Part shown: positions 1-14,470 of the stretch, in pieces
Layout of the letters: each line of letters begins with the position of its first letter
How positions within the stretch are numbered: the stretch's first letter is position 1
Assembly: GCA_024704765.1 (NCBI GenBank)
Contig: JAKMXF010000304.1
Location: forward strand, 1-60,685
From: Oopsacas minuta
Lineage: Eukaryota; Animalia; Porifera
DNA length: 60,685 nt
Direction: 5' to 3'
Position numbers and translations under genes: made by a program
The notes under the pieces: generated by a model
What the model was told of the DNA's origin: nothing
The model's input: the letters and a program-made list of their open reading frames with translations, nothing else
The model's database searches: none

Positions 1-1585
<1,585 letters not shown>

Positions 1586-1593
1586 ATCTAGAT

Positions 1594-1990
1594 GAAATAA
1601 TTTTCTCTCGAAGAGCGCGACATCATTTCGGAAGCGGTTAGACTCACCAATATTGTTCTTATCAATCCAGCTACAAATGCCATCAGCGAACTTTCGTTCT
1701 CTGCTATCCGAGATTGAAGACTTATCTACGTTTATCAATGGGGCAGCCTCGGCTGAACGCTGCATATACACAAAGAAAACCTGATGAACTTCAATAATTG
1801 ATTGGCCAATCAATTTTCGAGCACTGAACACCGAATAACTGTTTTTGTTACGTTTTCAAAACAGGACATGTAATCTAGTGTTTCTACTATGAGACTACTA
1901 TATATTTTTATTAATTAATTCCCAATGTTTTAACTGTACATTTATTGGGCCATGCCACCAAGGTTGGTTTTATTTCTAGCCGGACAACTT
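1594..1990 (+). pseudogene. 3' remnant of a ZMYM1-type hAT transposase (dimerisation domain) and its 3' flank
   Basis: The plus strand reads NIVLINPATNAISERSFSAI..LKTYLR..MGQPRLNA across frameshifts. Boundaries are approximate. Confidence 0.6.
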
Positions 1991-2850
1991 TTTGAAGCAG
2001 TTGTAATATCAGGATTTCCGCTTAATTGCACGTTGCAAGTAATCAAAGATACTATCGTGAGCTAACTTCTAATGAAAAGAGCTTACAGCTTGTCTTCCCG
2101 ACAACGAGCTGGAATCACTCATGAATCTACAAGTACAATTGAAGTCTTTCCTATTGCACCCTTTAACTCATACTTACGTGTACTAGATTGGTTCCTGAAA
2201 ATATTATGCCGGATAGCAGCGGGAAGACGCAGCAGGGGTGATCATATAAATATTAGAACAAGCCATAAACTGGTTAGACAACGGATTAAAGAAGTTACGA
2301 ATATTGAGTTTGACCAACCTGGAGGAAGTGGGAACACTAGACCTGGTAATTCAGCTCCTTTGTCCATTTCTGATGATCTCCCTTTTAGAACAGCGCTCCT
2401 CATACCTCAAGAAAACGTTGAAAATCTTAAATTTGGCAGAGAAATATTTCTGCTCTACTTCATGTAACTATTTCCTCTCAGAACATCAATGTTAGTAACT
2501 TCAAGGTACTATAGGACTAAATATATCTCCTTCTTTTAAATCATTACCCCTAGGTTTCAATTACACCTACAGTTCATAAATTTCTAGCACACACCTTATC
2601 AATTTATAGAAGTGAAGATAATCGTGGCCTTAAGATATTCTCTGAAGAAGGTTTGGAACAGGCATATAGGCTAATATGCAGGTTTAGTGAGTATCAATCG
2701 CGAAAATCAGAATTAATTTCAGAAGTGAAAGATGCATTCACCCGAATATACGTAGTAGGAGAGCCAGTCTCAATGAGAAGTTTCGTAACTGTCAAATGTA
2801 AGAAATGTGTGGAGAGTTGGGACAGCAACGAGGTGATAAAGCGAACTTAA
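1975..2850 (+). pseudogene. Decayed C-terminal half of a second RAG1-like/Transib transposase
   Basis: It aligns by eye to the intact 26761-28893 protein: SGFPLN..QRAGITHESTS..PFNSYLRVLDWFL..FDQPGGSGNTRPGNSA versus SGFPIN..QRVGITHQPTS..PLHAYLCVFRWFM..VDIPSSQGGTSTTGNIA, and ITPTVHKFLAH..RGLKIFSEEGLE versus ITPSLHKLLAH..KGLQNLSEECLE. It contains stops and frameshifts. Confidence 0.85.
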
Positions 2851-3597
2851 TCTGCGACAGTTCAGATATTGATTCGATTTTGAACCAATTGCTAGGGGTC
2901 ATTGATAATGTTTAAACAAATGTGCTAACAACTATAACACAGGTCAACAAGTTTTTTCATCACAGAGCATATATGATTTTCTAACATGATCTTTTGTCCT
3001 GATTTCAAATCAGCTCTCCGGTTTTATCTATCACGTGTGGCTTTTCATAAAATCCAACCATTTTATTCTATTATTTTCAATAATAGAATTCTAAATATTA
3101 TAAAATTTTACAATTGCAAAGTAACACAATTTGTATATTCATGCATTATATCCCAATTTACTAGCTCAATATTCCTCTTTTTTTTAATCAATCAATCTGG
3201 TTTCTCATAATACATCGCAGATGTATCAATACACCAGACAGTTTTGCTATTTTTGTGGCTCCTTTTGTTTAAAATCACAACATACCATAACAAATGACCT
3301 CAAGAGAATATATAGCCACTATTTTGATTGTCCTTTAGGTGATCAAGATAAGATGTGGGCGCCTCATGTGATTTGTTCTGCTTGTTCTAGTGGCTTACGG
3401 AATTGGATGAACAAAAGGAAACTTCAATGCCTTTTGCAATACCAATCAATGGTTTGGAGGGAACCAAAGAATCACTACGATGATTGCTATTTTGCATCGT
3501 AAATACCACTGGGTTTTCGATGAGAAACAAATATAAAATATTTACTCAGATTTGGGATCTGCTCGCAGACCAGTTTCTCACTATGTCTCCTTGCCTA

Positions 3598-6500
3598 CAG
3601 GGTCGGCGACAGGGGGTAGCTTGGGGTAAAACCGGGGGCCCGGGTCAAATAGGGACCCCGGGTCGGCATGTGATTGTTTCTTTAGGATTTAAGATGTTTA
3701 TTGTGTCTTGTATGTACATGTAAGCTCGTATCACAATATAAATTCCTTTGTTTCACTAATAGAACAATTACTTTTATCAATATAATACTTAGCAAACAAA
3801 GGATTCTGTCATTAATAGTTGTCATTAATTTATTCCATTGTTTGAAACCTTATTATTCATCTATTCCCTTCAACACTATAAAATATGGAATTATAGAAAT
3901 TGCTCTATTTCAATTATTAAATATTTCAATTTAAAGTCTACATCCTACGTTCATAAATCAGGTGCGCAAAAATGTCAAGAGAAGCGGGTAAGAGATGGAG
4001 AGAGTCGATGAAAGGTCTGCAAACATTATTTCAAGTTAGAATTCTCAAACGATGAAAATTCAGCAATTATAGAAGGAGTATTGAATGAGATTATTGTTGA
4101 TGCCATGGATATTGTTGAGAATAAAGAAGTTTCTGAATACAATTCAGAAGTTATTGCTACTAGTGTTTGTGAATTTGAGACTCAAGTGAGGATATATGAC
4201 ATTGGAGCTTTACAAGATCATTTTTCAAAGAAAGAGATTGAAGAGTGAGTGAATCCTGGGCCTCAGCCTAAACTATTATACATTCCTCCAGATGTGACAG
4301 ATCAAGTTTTTCCATTCTCTCTGTTCATGAAAAGAAGCTCAAATGGGGAATCTGAAAACAGAGATTGGCTTGTTTAAAGTCAATGTAAGAATGCTTTGTT
4401 TTGATTTCCGTGCAAGCTATTTGCATATACAGAAAATTGTAACAGGTCAACCCCTTCATATCTAACATCGGTAAATGGTTGTGGCCCTAGTACAAAGTTG
4501 AAAATACTATTTGATCTTATACCTTCTCATGAAAATAGTACAAATCACAAACGATGTTACTTAGAATGGCGTCAATTGGAGATGCGTTTACTGCACAACT
4601 CTACAATTGATATGCAGTTTCACGCAAACATCACAACCGAAATTTCTAAATGGAGGGAATTACTGTAAAGGATCATTGATGTTGTCCTCTTCTTGGGGGA
4701 AAGGGGTTCATCATTTAGGGGAGATACTCATGCTATTGGAGACGTTCATAATGGCAATTTTCTTGGAACAATTGAACTCACATCTCATTATGATCCGGTA
4801 CTTTGTGAACATGTTACAAAAGTGCGATAATCCCAGAAGGTGGGAAAACGTTTACAGGCCCATTGCCTTTCTAAGGACTCTCAAAACGAATTTATCCATT
4901 TATGCGCAGATAAAGTTCGTCATTGCAGTCTAGAAGAACGAAGTAGTGCTAAATATTTTTCTATCATGGTAGATGCTACTCCTGAAATTTCGCACAATGA
5001 GCAAACACCTTTGTGTTAAGATTCTTGACTCGAGAACACAATAAGTACATAATTCGTGAACGTTTTTACTTTCCTTGATGACTCTGGGAAAACTGGTTCA
5101 GAGATCGCTACTATGATATTATCATTTCTAACAGAAAATGACATTCCTTTTAAAGACTGCAGAGGTCAGAGGTATGACAATGCCAGTAATATGTCGGGAG
5201 GGTATAATGGAGCTCAAAACATTTTAAAGCAAGAGAATCCTTTAGGCACTTTCTCACCTTGCGGGTGCCAAAGTCTAAACTTGTGTGGTACAAAATCAGC
5301 TTTATGTTGCAAGGATGCAATAACATTTTCGGGTCAATTCAAAGAATTTACTGCATATTTTCAGCAAGTCCAAAGAGATGGGCATTCTTGTTCGTAACAC
5401 ATTGGAATTTCGCTCCCTGGTCAATCCCATACGAGGTGGACTGAGAGGAATGATAGCGTCCGCCCCTTCACTACACATTTACAAGGTATTAACTTATCCT
5501 TAAATGAATTACTGGAGCTTAATCTAACTGCAAAAACTAAAACAGAAATATTTGGTGCCATAAAGTATGTTTCTAGTTATACATGCGTGCACATGTCAGC
5601 AATATGGTAAAAGTTTTAGTGGCTATAGATGAACGAAATCAAGTAATCGAGGCTCGCGATGCAACAATTGAAGTTGAAGTACGGAATTTAGACGATCTAC
5701 TTAATGAACTAAAAACTCTAAATGAAAATTGGCCATCTACTTTACGGGAAGTTAATATAGTTGCCAGAGCTCTAAACATAGAACAACCACTGCCTGTACG
5801 ACAAAAGAAAAGAAAACAGTTCTTTGACGATAATAATGTTGAAAGAAATAACGAAATTTCAAATGAGGCAGAATACCAGGCTACCTTTAATCATATTATT
5901 GACTGCGTTTTGGAAGGCCTGACTACGCGATACCGAGCTAATTATCAAATTAATCAACTATTTGGATTCTTATGGAATTACCTCGATACAAGTGAAGAAA
6001 ATATTATCAAGCAATGTAAAGACCTCAGAGCACATTATGATACGGATATATCGGACAAAGAACTTCAAGTTGAAGTTTTACATCTCAAAACGATTCTTCA
6101 TGCCAACTTAAGCGATTATTCATTGGATCCACTTTCGCTTCTAAACAAAATACGAAAAATAAATTGGAGGGAATATTCCTGAATGTATGCATTTCCTTAA
6201 GGATATTTTTAACTTTACCGGTTACAATAGCCTCAGCCGAACGATCATTCACTAAGCTAAAATTAATCAAGAACTACTTGCGGAGTACGATGTTGCAGGA
6301 AAGACTAAGCGATCTCATAATTTTAGGCATTGATAGTGAGCTTGCTAGACTAGTAGATTTCACGCAGGTAATTGATTCATTCGCATCTACTAGAGCAAGA
6401 AGAGGCTTTTGCTAAGCTCAACTTATTGAGAGAATTCATTATTTATTCTAATATATTCTACTTATTATATTATTTAACATACTTAATGTCTATACTAGGG

Positions 6501-7992
6501 CGTTCAATAAGTCTTGCGGGTGATATCATAGAATATGATACAAACACAATACACACTAATCACTATATAATTTATTCAAAGTAATCGCCTCCTGCAGATA
6601 CACAAAGTTTTAACCTTTCCCCACACTTGTAAACACATTTCCGCACTCTTCTTTGGGAATGGATTTGAAGTACCGGTGCAGGGCCGTTCCGAGTGCTTGT
6701 GATATGTGAAAATATTTTCCTTGAAGGTAGATTTTAAGCTTGGGGAATAACCAAAAATTGTACGGAGCTAGATCTGGTAAGTATGGTGGATGGGGAAGTA
6801 ATTCTAACCCTTCTACATCCAAGAAATTATTGGTAAGCTTAGCTGTATGGGAACTAGCATTATCAATTAAAATCTTCATTCCTCGAGTTCCGGTTGTCGG
6901 GCGGTACTTTTCTATATTTTTTATCAAATTTGCAAGCACTTGCTCTGTAATGAAGGACCAGTAACAGCATTGCCACTCTCACAAGGTAATTACAAGATAA
7001 TTCCACGATTACTGAAGAAGATGATATACATAATCTTAGGTTTTCTGAAGTCGGGCCTAGGAATGTTCGCCGGTTGTTGTAGCCCCTCACCCATGATCGC
7101 TACTTATACTTGCTATAGGGTGTTGAATAGTACACCCACGTCTCGTCACCAGTAACACTCACTGTTAGGCGTCTAGAATCGCAGTTCTTTTAAGTTTTCA
7201 AGAGTTTCTTGGCAATATTCAGTCGTGCCAACCTTTGATTCTCACTGAGCTTGTGCGGACCCATTTCCCACAAATCGATCGGTAGCCAAGCTCAGTCGTC
7301 AGAATTGTACGAATAGCTCCGATGAAATCTCCATACTTTGTTTTAACTGATTGACGGTAATGCACTTGTCTTCCATGACCATACTTTCAATGAGTGCTAT
7401 ATTCTCTGAAGTGGTGGCGGATACCGGTCTTCCAGATCGAGGCAAATCTGTGACATTAGCATCACCAGATCTAATACGGACAGCCCAATGCTCTACAGTA
7501 GATCTGGAAGGGCAATCCACGCACAATATCACCTGTAACTCGGTGAAGATCTGTACGAGCTGGATCTTGAGTACTGTGCGAAACTCTATGTAAGCTCGCC
7601 ATTCGAGGTTGTAATTATCATCCTTTGAAGCCATAAATTCAACAGTGGGTATAAATTGACTACACGTAACTATCTCAAAAATTCATAATTTGTATTGAAT
7701 GCTTGAGCTTGAAACTTTCAGTATGGAGTTTAACTATATGGGCTTATAATATATGAAAGTTAGATATATTACTTGACTAATTCCTAAGATATATCATGAC
7801 CCACAAGACTTATTGAACGCCCTGATATTACGTACATGAATTTACTCAAATTTCAGGATAAGTTTCTAGTTGCAATAGATTTTTGTCTAAGGTCACAGGT
7901 ATTACAAAAATTGACTTTTTGTCAGTGCTAAGGTGATGGAGGGGCCGGACAGAAATCTTACTAGGGGCCTGTATATTCTGTTGCCGGCCCTG
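3598..7992 (+). mobile_element. hAT (ZMYM1-like) DNA transposon inserted in Chapaev3; decayed transposase about 3972-6415
   Basis: TIRs are CAGGGTCGGCGACAG and CAGGGCCGGCAACAG (rc), with a degenerate 8-bp TSD CTTGCCTA/TTTGCCTG. Motifs include CRGQRYDNASNMSG, FSPCGCQSLNL and FLTLPVTIASAERSFTKLKLIKNYLRSTM. Removing the element rejoins the Chapaev3 reading RPVSHYVSLP|VPTP. Confidence 0.88.
6495..7825 (-). mobile_element. mariner (DD34D-type) element, 1331 bp, decayed, inserted in the hAT 3' region
   Basis: TIRs are AGGGCGTTCAATAAGTCTTG, flanked by TA. The HTH segment reads RSGDANVTDLPRSGRP and the catalytic segment IDNASSHT...PHPPYLPDLAPYNFWLFPKLK, where the third D position is N with 34-residue spacing. 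Confidence 0.9.
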
Positions 7993-10234
7993 TTTGCCTG
8001 TCCCCACTCCTGCGTTATATGGATTTGATTCTCTTTCTGATGATGTAGATACTTCGTCGTATTCAATGGACGAATCTTCTATTGGTTCAGAATACGTCCC
8101 TGAAGATAGTAATTTAGGGCCCAAAAACCTTCACACAAGATGAATTGAATGACCTTGTCAGGAATCTTGATCTGTCGAAGGAAAGCCAGAACTTCTTGCA
8201 TCAAGGCTTCAGCAAAAGAAATTACTCATTAGACTGTTATAGTGTCCCACTACAGTGAACGAAATTTGATTTGGCTCATTATTTTACAGTTGATGGTCCT
8301 CTCTGTTATTCTAATGATATTGACGGGCTGTTTTCTAGTTTGTCATAGGAACATTCATCTTCTGATTGGCGTCTATATATTGATTCATCGAAACGTAGCT
8401 TGAAGGCCGTTTTAATGCATAACCGAAATAAAAATCCGGCAATTCCAATTGCTCACTCTGTCATCTAAAAGAGTCCTATGTAAACCTGGAAGAGGTTTTG
8501 GTTGCGATCAAATATAGAACACACACGTGGAATATATGTGGGGATCTTAAGGTCATTGGTCTGTTAATGGGATTGCGACAAGGATTCACCAAATATTGTT
8601 GCTTTCTTTGTTTATGAGACAGTCGTACAACAATAGATCATTACAAAAGCCTGATTGGCCCAAGAGAATCAATTATGAAGTAGGAACATCCAATATTGAA
8701 TATACACCGTTGGTAGATCCAAATAATATATTTTACCACCTCTTCATATAAAATTTCGATAGATGAAAACTTTCGTCAAAACAACGGATAAAACAAATTC
8801 TACAGGGTTTCGCTATATTGTTGAGAAATTCCGAAACTAGGTGATGCTAAGCTTAGAGAGGGTGTATTTATGTGGACCACAAATTAGGGAAGTTTTCAAG
8901 GATGAAGAGATTGACAATATAATTCAGCTAAAGAATTCACAGCTTGGAAATCTTTCAAATAGATTTGTGCAAACTTTTTAGGTAATATGAAGTCAACGGA
9001 GTATATAGAGGGAGTAAAAAACTTAATTCAATCATATAAAACATGGGATGCCGCATATCATTGAATTACACTTTTTGCACTCCCATCTTGATGTTTATCC
9101 AGAAAACCTTGGTGCTGTAAGCGATGAACAGGGCTAACGATTTCACCAAGATATTCTCAGAATGGAAAATAGATATCAAGGTTTCTGGAATTACAGTACG
9201 ATGGCGGACTATTGCTGAGGGTTATACAGGGATGAACCCAATAGAGTTTACAAAAGAAATTCTTACTCTCAACGTTTTGGACGTCTTAAATATTTTATTT
9301 TTGTTTATTCAACTTATATATCTCACAAATGTGAAAATTTTCAATTTCCTATTACAAAATAGTTAGATTCTAATTTGATATTCAAATAATTATTGAATTA
9401 CTCATATTGAGACTCTAATAACAAGTAACATTAGTTAGCTGAACAACATTTTAGTGTTAATGAAGCATAATAAAATATGTAATATTTCGAAATTGAATTC
9501 GAAAATTTCAAGCTAGAATATAAAAAATGTATAGGTGTTAGAGAGGAATGAATGGCAGATTTGAAATCAGCACAAAAAAAGTAGTCTCGAAAATACCCAT
9601 TTTTGCTTGATGAGAATAATAAATGAAATTTGGTGACCTGTGTAATAAGTTAATTGTATTTTGTGAATCTTGTGAAAAATAGTTGAGTCAAACATGACAT
9701 CAACATAGAAACAGTTTAGCTTGAGATACCATAGTAAGCAAAAGTATAAAATGGCATGTTGGTATCATTTGGTTTCGCCGAACGTTGCTGAACAAATGTT
9801 TATAGATAGTATTATTAGATAGTGTGTCAAGCGAGTAATATCCTGAATAATGAGAAAGTTTTGATCACAACTAAATATGTTTGCATTATCCATATTATAT
9901 AATCCATAATTATGCTTTATCATTACAAAGTTTAAGTACAGGAATTAATTCAATTTCACATAAATTGGGTTTGGGTTGTAAAAGTAATATTAAAAACTGC
10001 ACCCAGTAAAATTTTGATAGTATTTTGAAGGTTGAAATTATATTTATAGGAATTTAAGTTGAGTAAAAAAAATATGATCTCAAAAGGCCAGAAAATTACC
10101 ATAATTTGGTGATACTTTGAGCTAGTACAAAACTCATGTATGTTGATTCAGATAAAAAGCAATCGTAAAGTTGGATACACCTAGATATTGCTAATCATTC
10201 TCAAAATATATATTAACAAGATTTAAATATTAAA

Positions 10235-10267
10235 ATTTCCCCTACTGGAAACGAATAACCCACTGTA
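10235..10267 (-). repeat. Probable 3' TIR of the decayed RAG1-like element (TACAGTG-18 bp-GGGGAAAT on the minus strand)
   Basis: It has the same heptamer-to-GGGGAAAT spacing (18 nt) as the 3' TIR of the intact element, and lies about 0.7 kb downstream of the 1975-2850 ORF once Chapaev3 is removed. Confidence 0.55.
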
Positions 10268-10487
10268 TCATAGTCCGAATTAGAAAAATAAAAGGGGCAC
10301 TCGAAGAAAATTAGCTCTAAATGAGGCGCTGAGTATAAAAAGTTTAGTAATCAGTGACCTATAGAACATACAAGCCTGTATTAGGATTTATGACAATTAT
10401 TTATGTTTGATGAATATCATAAATAATATCGATCAGTATTCTAAGATCAATCACACAAAGGTAATAATGTATTTAATATCATATTTG

Positions 10488-11036
10488 TATGTCCAGAATT
10501 GTTGAAGAAATTGAAAGCCCCCAGGGGCTGATTTTTTGGCATAAAGAGGTATTTTGAGCCTGGCTCGGACGAAAATTCATGCCCATGACGAAAGTATGAC
10601 ATCATTGTAACCCTTATGGATTCTCGAAAAAATCACTTTATTGGCCACTGCTCAGCCAATATACAAGATAGAAATTTGAAATTGAAATAACAGGTACCCC
10701 TCAATGTTACAAATGTCCTGACGTCAAGATTTTGACCAAATGCAAACTCATCACGGGATTATTACGTCATCATAACTTAAAAAATATTAAATTTTGAAAA
10801 AATTCATTTCTTGAAGGCACGAAGTGCCGAGATTACTAACCAAAGCGACATAGCATCTCCAGTGTCGCTACAGAAGGCCATTGAATGTAATTAGGATGGA
10901 ACATGGATAATATATCTAAAAATTTTAATTATCCTGTGAATTCGAGGAATGTAGTGCCGAATATTTAGCCGTCTAGATCTTAAGCTAAACTGGAGCACAA
11001 AGATGTTGTGCAGCGACCTAGCAAGAGAAGCGCTAG
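10488..11036 (+). mobile_element. Non-autonomous Helitron-like repeat, family A
   Basis: It shares blocks with other copies (GAAGAAATTG.AAG.CCCCAGGG.CTGATTTTTGGCAT, ACTGCTCAGCCAATATAC, CAGGTACCCCTCAATG, CAGAAGGCCATT) and has the 3' end GCGACCTAGCAAGAGAAGCGCTAG-T. Confidence 0.6.
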
Positions 11037-12059
11037 TAGGTTAATAAAATTGATTGATTTGCAAATATTACTCTAAACTTTCAAATAAAAAATAGATGTA
11101 AAAGGCAATTCTGGAACTGGAACTATCTGTTAAGGTGGAATCATAACTATGACATAGCGTTCTGAAATATTTCCCGAACATAAATTTGGTTATTTATAGG
11201 TTATAAGTATATTTCCTTATATACAAGTTTAGTTTGCTTGCCGAACGTTCCCTATATGTCATGTGATTTTGTGTTCAGACCTGAACATATATAATGCCAC
11301 AAAAACAAAAAAAGCTCATTTCATTGGATTAGATTCCTTGTATATTTACTATTAATAGGGTAAAGTGTAGAAAAGTTTAACAAACCACCACTGTTATCAC
11401 AATTGAAAAAAGACAGTGGTTTTGAAATTTTAGAGAAAACTCTGTCAAACCCCAAATATTCAATATTTGTGACGTTATAACTTACAAACCTCATGAGCAA
11501 ATGATTTGAAACTTGAACATATATGTTGACTAGTTAGTAGCTACTCACACAGCAATGCTAAGACAAATTTGATTATGTTGGTGATATGGCTAGATGACCT
11601 GCTATGGAATTCTCAAATATATTTTCCTAAGAGAGAGACTCTAAAATGATTTGGCGGAGCTCGCAAATGTATTTACGACACTGCGGCTGGAGATTCTTCC
11701 AGTTTTCAATCAATTCTTAACATACAAACAAAAGGGCTGGGGACATACCTTGGGTGGGCCGAACTCTGGCCCGCGGACCATAGGTTTGGACACCACTGGG
11801 TTATGGGAACACTTATTAGAAATTTTGTATCATGAGCAGTTTAGCACCCTCTGGCCGACATATTGATCTAGTTTAGATATGTTTGGCCATGTTTGGTCTA
11901 GCTGGGTCATATGACCACAGTTTGAGAAATCATTGTATACTTCTTTGGCCATTTTGTAAGACATAACTAATGGAACATACATTTATTGATATATGACTTC
12001 AACGGATTTGAAAATTACATCAGGAATAGTGTTGGAAGGTATTTGACATATATAAGTAC

Positions 12060-12917
12060 CTGTATAGAAGAGTAAACGTTCTTGAATGAAAACCATTTTA
12101 CGGCGTCATCATGCAAATTATCTTGATATACTTCATCTGCCAATAACAATAAACGTTGCTCATTACAGAATTTTAAAATTTCAACTTGCATATGAAAAGG
12201 TAAACATTGACCTGTAGGATTACCAGGATTAATTACTACCATTGCGCGAGGTATTGATTTTCCCTGGTTTAATACGAGAGCTTCCTGAAGTTCATCCATA
12301 CTCAAACCCCAGTCATTATCCTCATCTAAAAAATAGGGAATCGGAACAATACCGAAGTAAGATAAACAAGCAGTATATAAAGGATATTGAGGTATAGGAA
12401 TAAGTATCCCCGAAGGAATATCGTCTTGAACCTTAGCAATACAAGAAATAATGTTGAAGATAATCTTGCTTGCTCCATCGCTTAGAAAAATATTTCTAAA
12501 ATCTGCTTGACAATTATCTCGATATGAAATATAATTTGCCACCTCTCTTCTGACAAATTCGAAACCAAATGAATCTGTATATCCGCCAAAACTGGTAATA
12601 GAGGATATAATAGATTTTGCCCTAATGAGGACATCTTCTGGAAATAGGCTGCAAGCACCGGGTAGGTCAATAATGGGTGGATATGCGCAAAGAGAGATTA
12701 ACTGACGACCAAATGTAATAGGTTTCGAACCCAGATTTTGTGGATTACCTAAATTCAAATAAGTTAATTCATTAAAAGGCCATTTGTGATCAACATCTAA
12801 TTCAAGAGCAATTTCAGAGGCACGAGTTGGGATTAGGCCCCTAACAGCATATTCAACATTCAAAATATGGGGATTAAAATTTAAAGTAGAAAATGGCTTA
12901 GAATTATTAAGAGCCAT
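12060..12917 (-). CDS. GPT: Alanine aminotransferase (PLP-dependent class I), first coding exon
   Basis: Motifs include EYAVRG, NLGNPQ, GGYTDSFG, IFLSDGAS, IPIPQYPLY, VVINPGNPTGQ and LLADEVYQDN. ATG is at 12917 and a GT donor follows ATACAG at 12059. The PLP-lysine exon was not found in the window. Confidence 0.92.
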
Positions 12918-13521
12918 ATAAATAATGCTAGTAGACAAATAAAGATATAGAAAAACACTAATACACTACTATATGAAGGGCGAACAAGGATGATGAGGAA
13001 ATATTTTTTCGAAAGTGTTCATTGAAATAAAGTTTATTTACTATATCGTTCAACGGATTACTATCGCAGGATTGCCTACCTATAAATATAGAAAATAGGG
13101 GAGCTTACTCAATATCTGTGCTGAGTGAGGAGGCAGCAAGTGATACGTAAATTCCTTCAAATCAATAATGGCATTTGCTTTGGCTCAAAAGCTGACCGAA
13201 TCGTTGGCTCACCCTATCTATCCATAATATTAAAACAAAATCAATCTATGTATAATAGGATGCATTCGTTGCCACTTTATTGGAGACAACAGTTGTCTCA
13301 TTATTTTTATGTTATTTACATCCCAAAGAATCATAATGTGCAATTTCAATAGAAATCAACAAGAGTTTAGGCATGCACAATTCAATTATTCCAAAGTACA
13401 GGCTTTGCAATGGGATTTGACCAGATGTTTTCGCACAATTCTCAAAAACTGTAAATCTGATGGGACTAGAAACAATATACCATATATTTGGTTCATTTGG
13501 AGGGGTTTGTTTCTGGTCTAA

Positions 13522-13545
13522 TCTATATTCTCAAATCTCAATTGT

Positions 13546-13580
<35 letters not shown>

Positions 13581-13830
13581 TTGTTTGTTTGTCCTTTGTC
13601 AAATAAAGGATTTACGGTATCCAAATTTGAAATCGTAGTATAACTGAGTTTATCAAGGAAGTAAATAGAAATCGATAAAACTTAACTAAATTTATCGAGT
13701 ATGCTGAGCCTGAATATTGTAAACAACATCAATATTACTAAATCTCAATTGTTGCCTATCTGTTTGTTTGTCCATTGAATATCTCGAGGCGCAATGCACC
13801 GAGTTCATCGCGAAACGACGGGCTCGTACA
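13522..13830 (+). repeat. Family B repeat (Helitron-like 5' TCTATA start with a (TGTC)n/(TTTG)n microsatellite)
   Basis: It begins A|TCTATATTC followed by the microsatellite. Blocks GGATTTACGGTAT, CAAGGAA.GTAAATAGAA and TAAAACTTAACTA recur at about 37700-38040; related blocks occur at about 39410-39530 and, reversed, at about 52100-52370. Confidence 0.55.
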
Positions 13831-14244
13831 CATTTATAGTATAATGATCATCATTTCCTAGATAAAGGAAAAAAAAGGGACTCGCTAATAGAATCCTATT
13901 GGGTAATTCAAAATTAAATGCAAAAATATCTTAAACAGTGCAAACTTAGGTTATCAAAATGCATTACTAATAGACACAAACAACACTCAAATTACCCAAG
14001 TCTAAGGTGAAAACACTCTAGCCCTATAAAAAAGTACACTTTCAGAAACCTTTCCTAAACATGGAAAAATACCATCGATAATATATATGTTGGAATAATC
14101 GAATTGGGCACCCCTAAACCCCTGTTGAATTCCTATGAAATTGTATATTATGAATATTTAGGGTATAAATAACTGAAAAAATGGTGAGCAAAAGTGTTGT
14201 TTCCAATATAAGGGTCAACTGATACACCTTAGTGCATATATATA

Positions 14245-14470
14245 GGTCTGTATGTCCAGAATTGATTGAAGAAATTGGAAGACCCCAAGAGCTGATTTTT
14301 GGCATACAGGCGTATTTTGTGTCAGCATGGACAAGTTTGAGCTTGGACGAAATTCACACCTATGACGAAATTATGACGTCATTGCCACCTTATTGGATTT
14401 TCGAAAATTCACATTATTAACAACTGCTCAGCAAATATACATTGTAGAAATTTGAAAATTAAATATTTCC
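14245..14470 (+). repeat. Family A Helitron-like repeat, partial copy
   Basis: It has the same conserved blocks as 10488-11036. Confidence 0.6.

Larger units (their letters stand above)
2938..9642 (+). mobile_element. Chapaev3 (CMC superfamily) DNA transposon, interrupted by a hAT element
   Basis: Termini are CACAGGTCA...TGACCTGTG with a 3-bp TSD TAA (2935-2937 and 9643-9645). The N-terminal Zn finger FCYFCG...GDQDKMWAPHVICSAC...WREPKNHYDDCYF lies at 3221-3500. The core resumes after 7992 with TQDELNDLVRNLDLSKE, WRLYIDSSKRSLKAVLMHN, ICGDLKVIGLLMG..GFTKYCCFLC and HFLHSHLD..GAVSDEQG. The ORF is decayed. Confidence 0.9.

Noticed and set aside
11651-11866. 71-aa ORF as a possible gene or ALT exon
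   Set aside because: It is on the wrong strand for ALT and overlaps a lone hAT-type end (GTTTGGACACCACTG, ending at 11798).
12918-12938. N-terminal extension of the ALT ORF in the track
   Set aside because: It starts at a non-ATG codon. The first ATG is at 12917.
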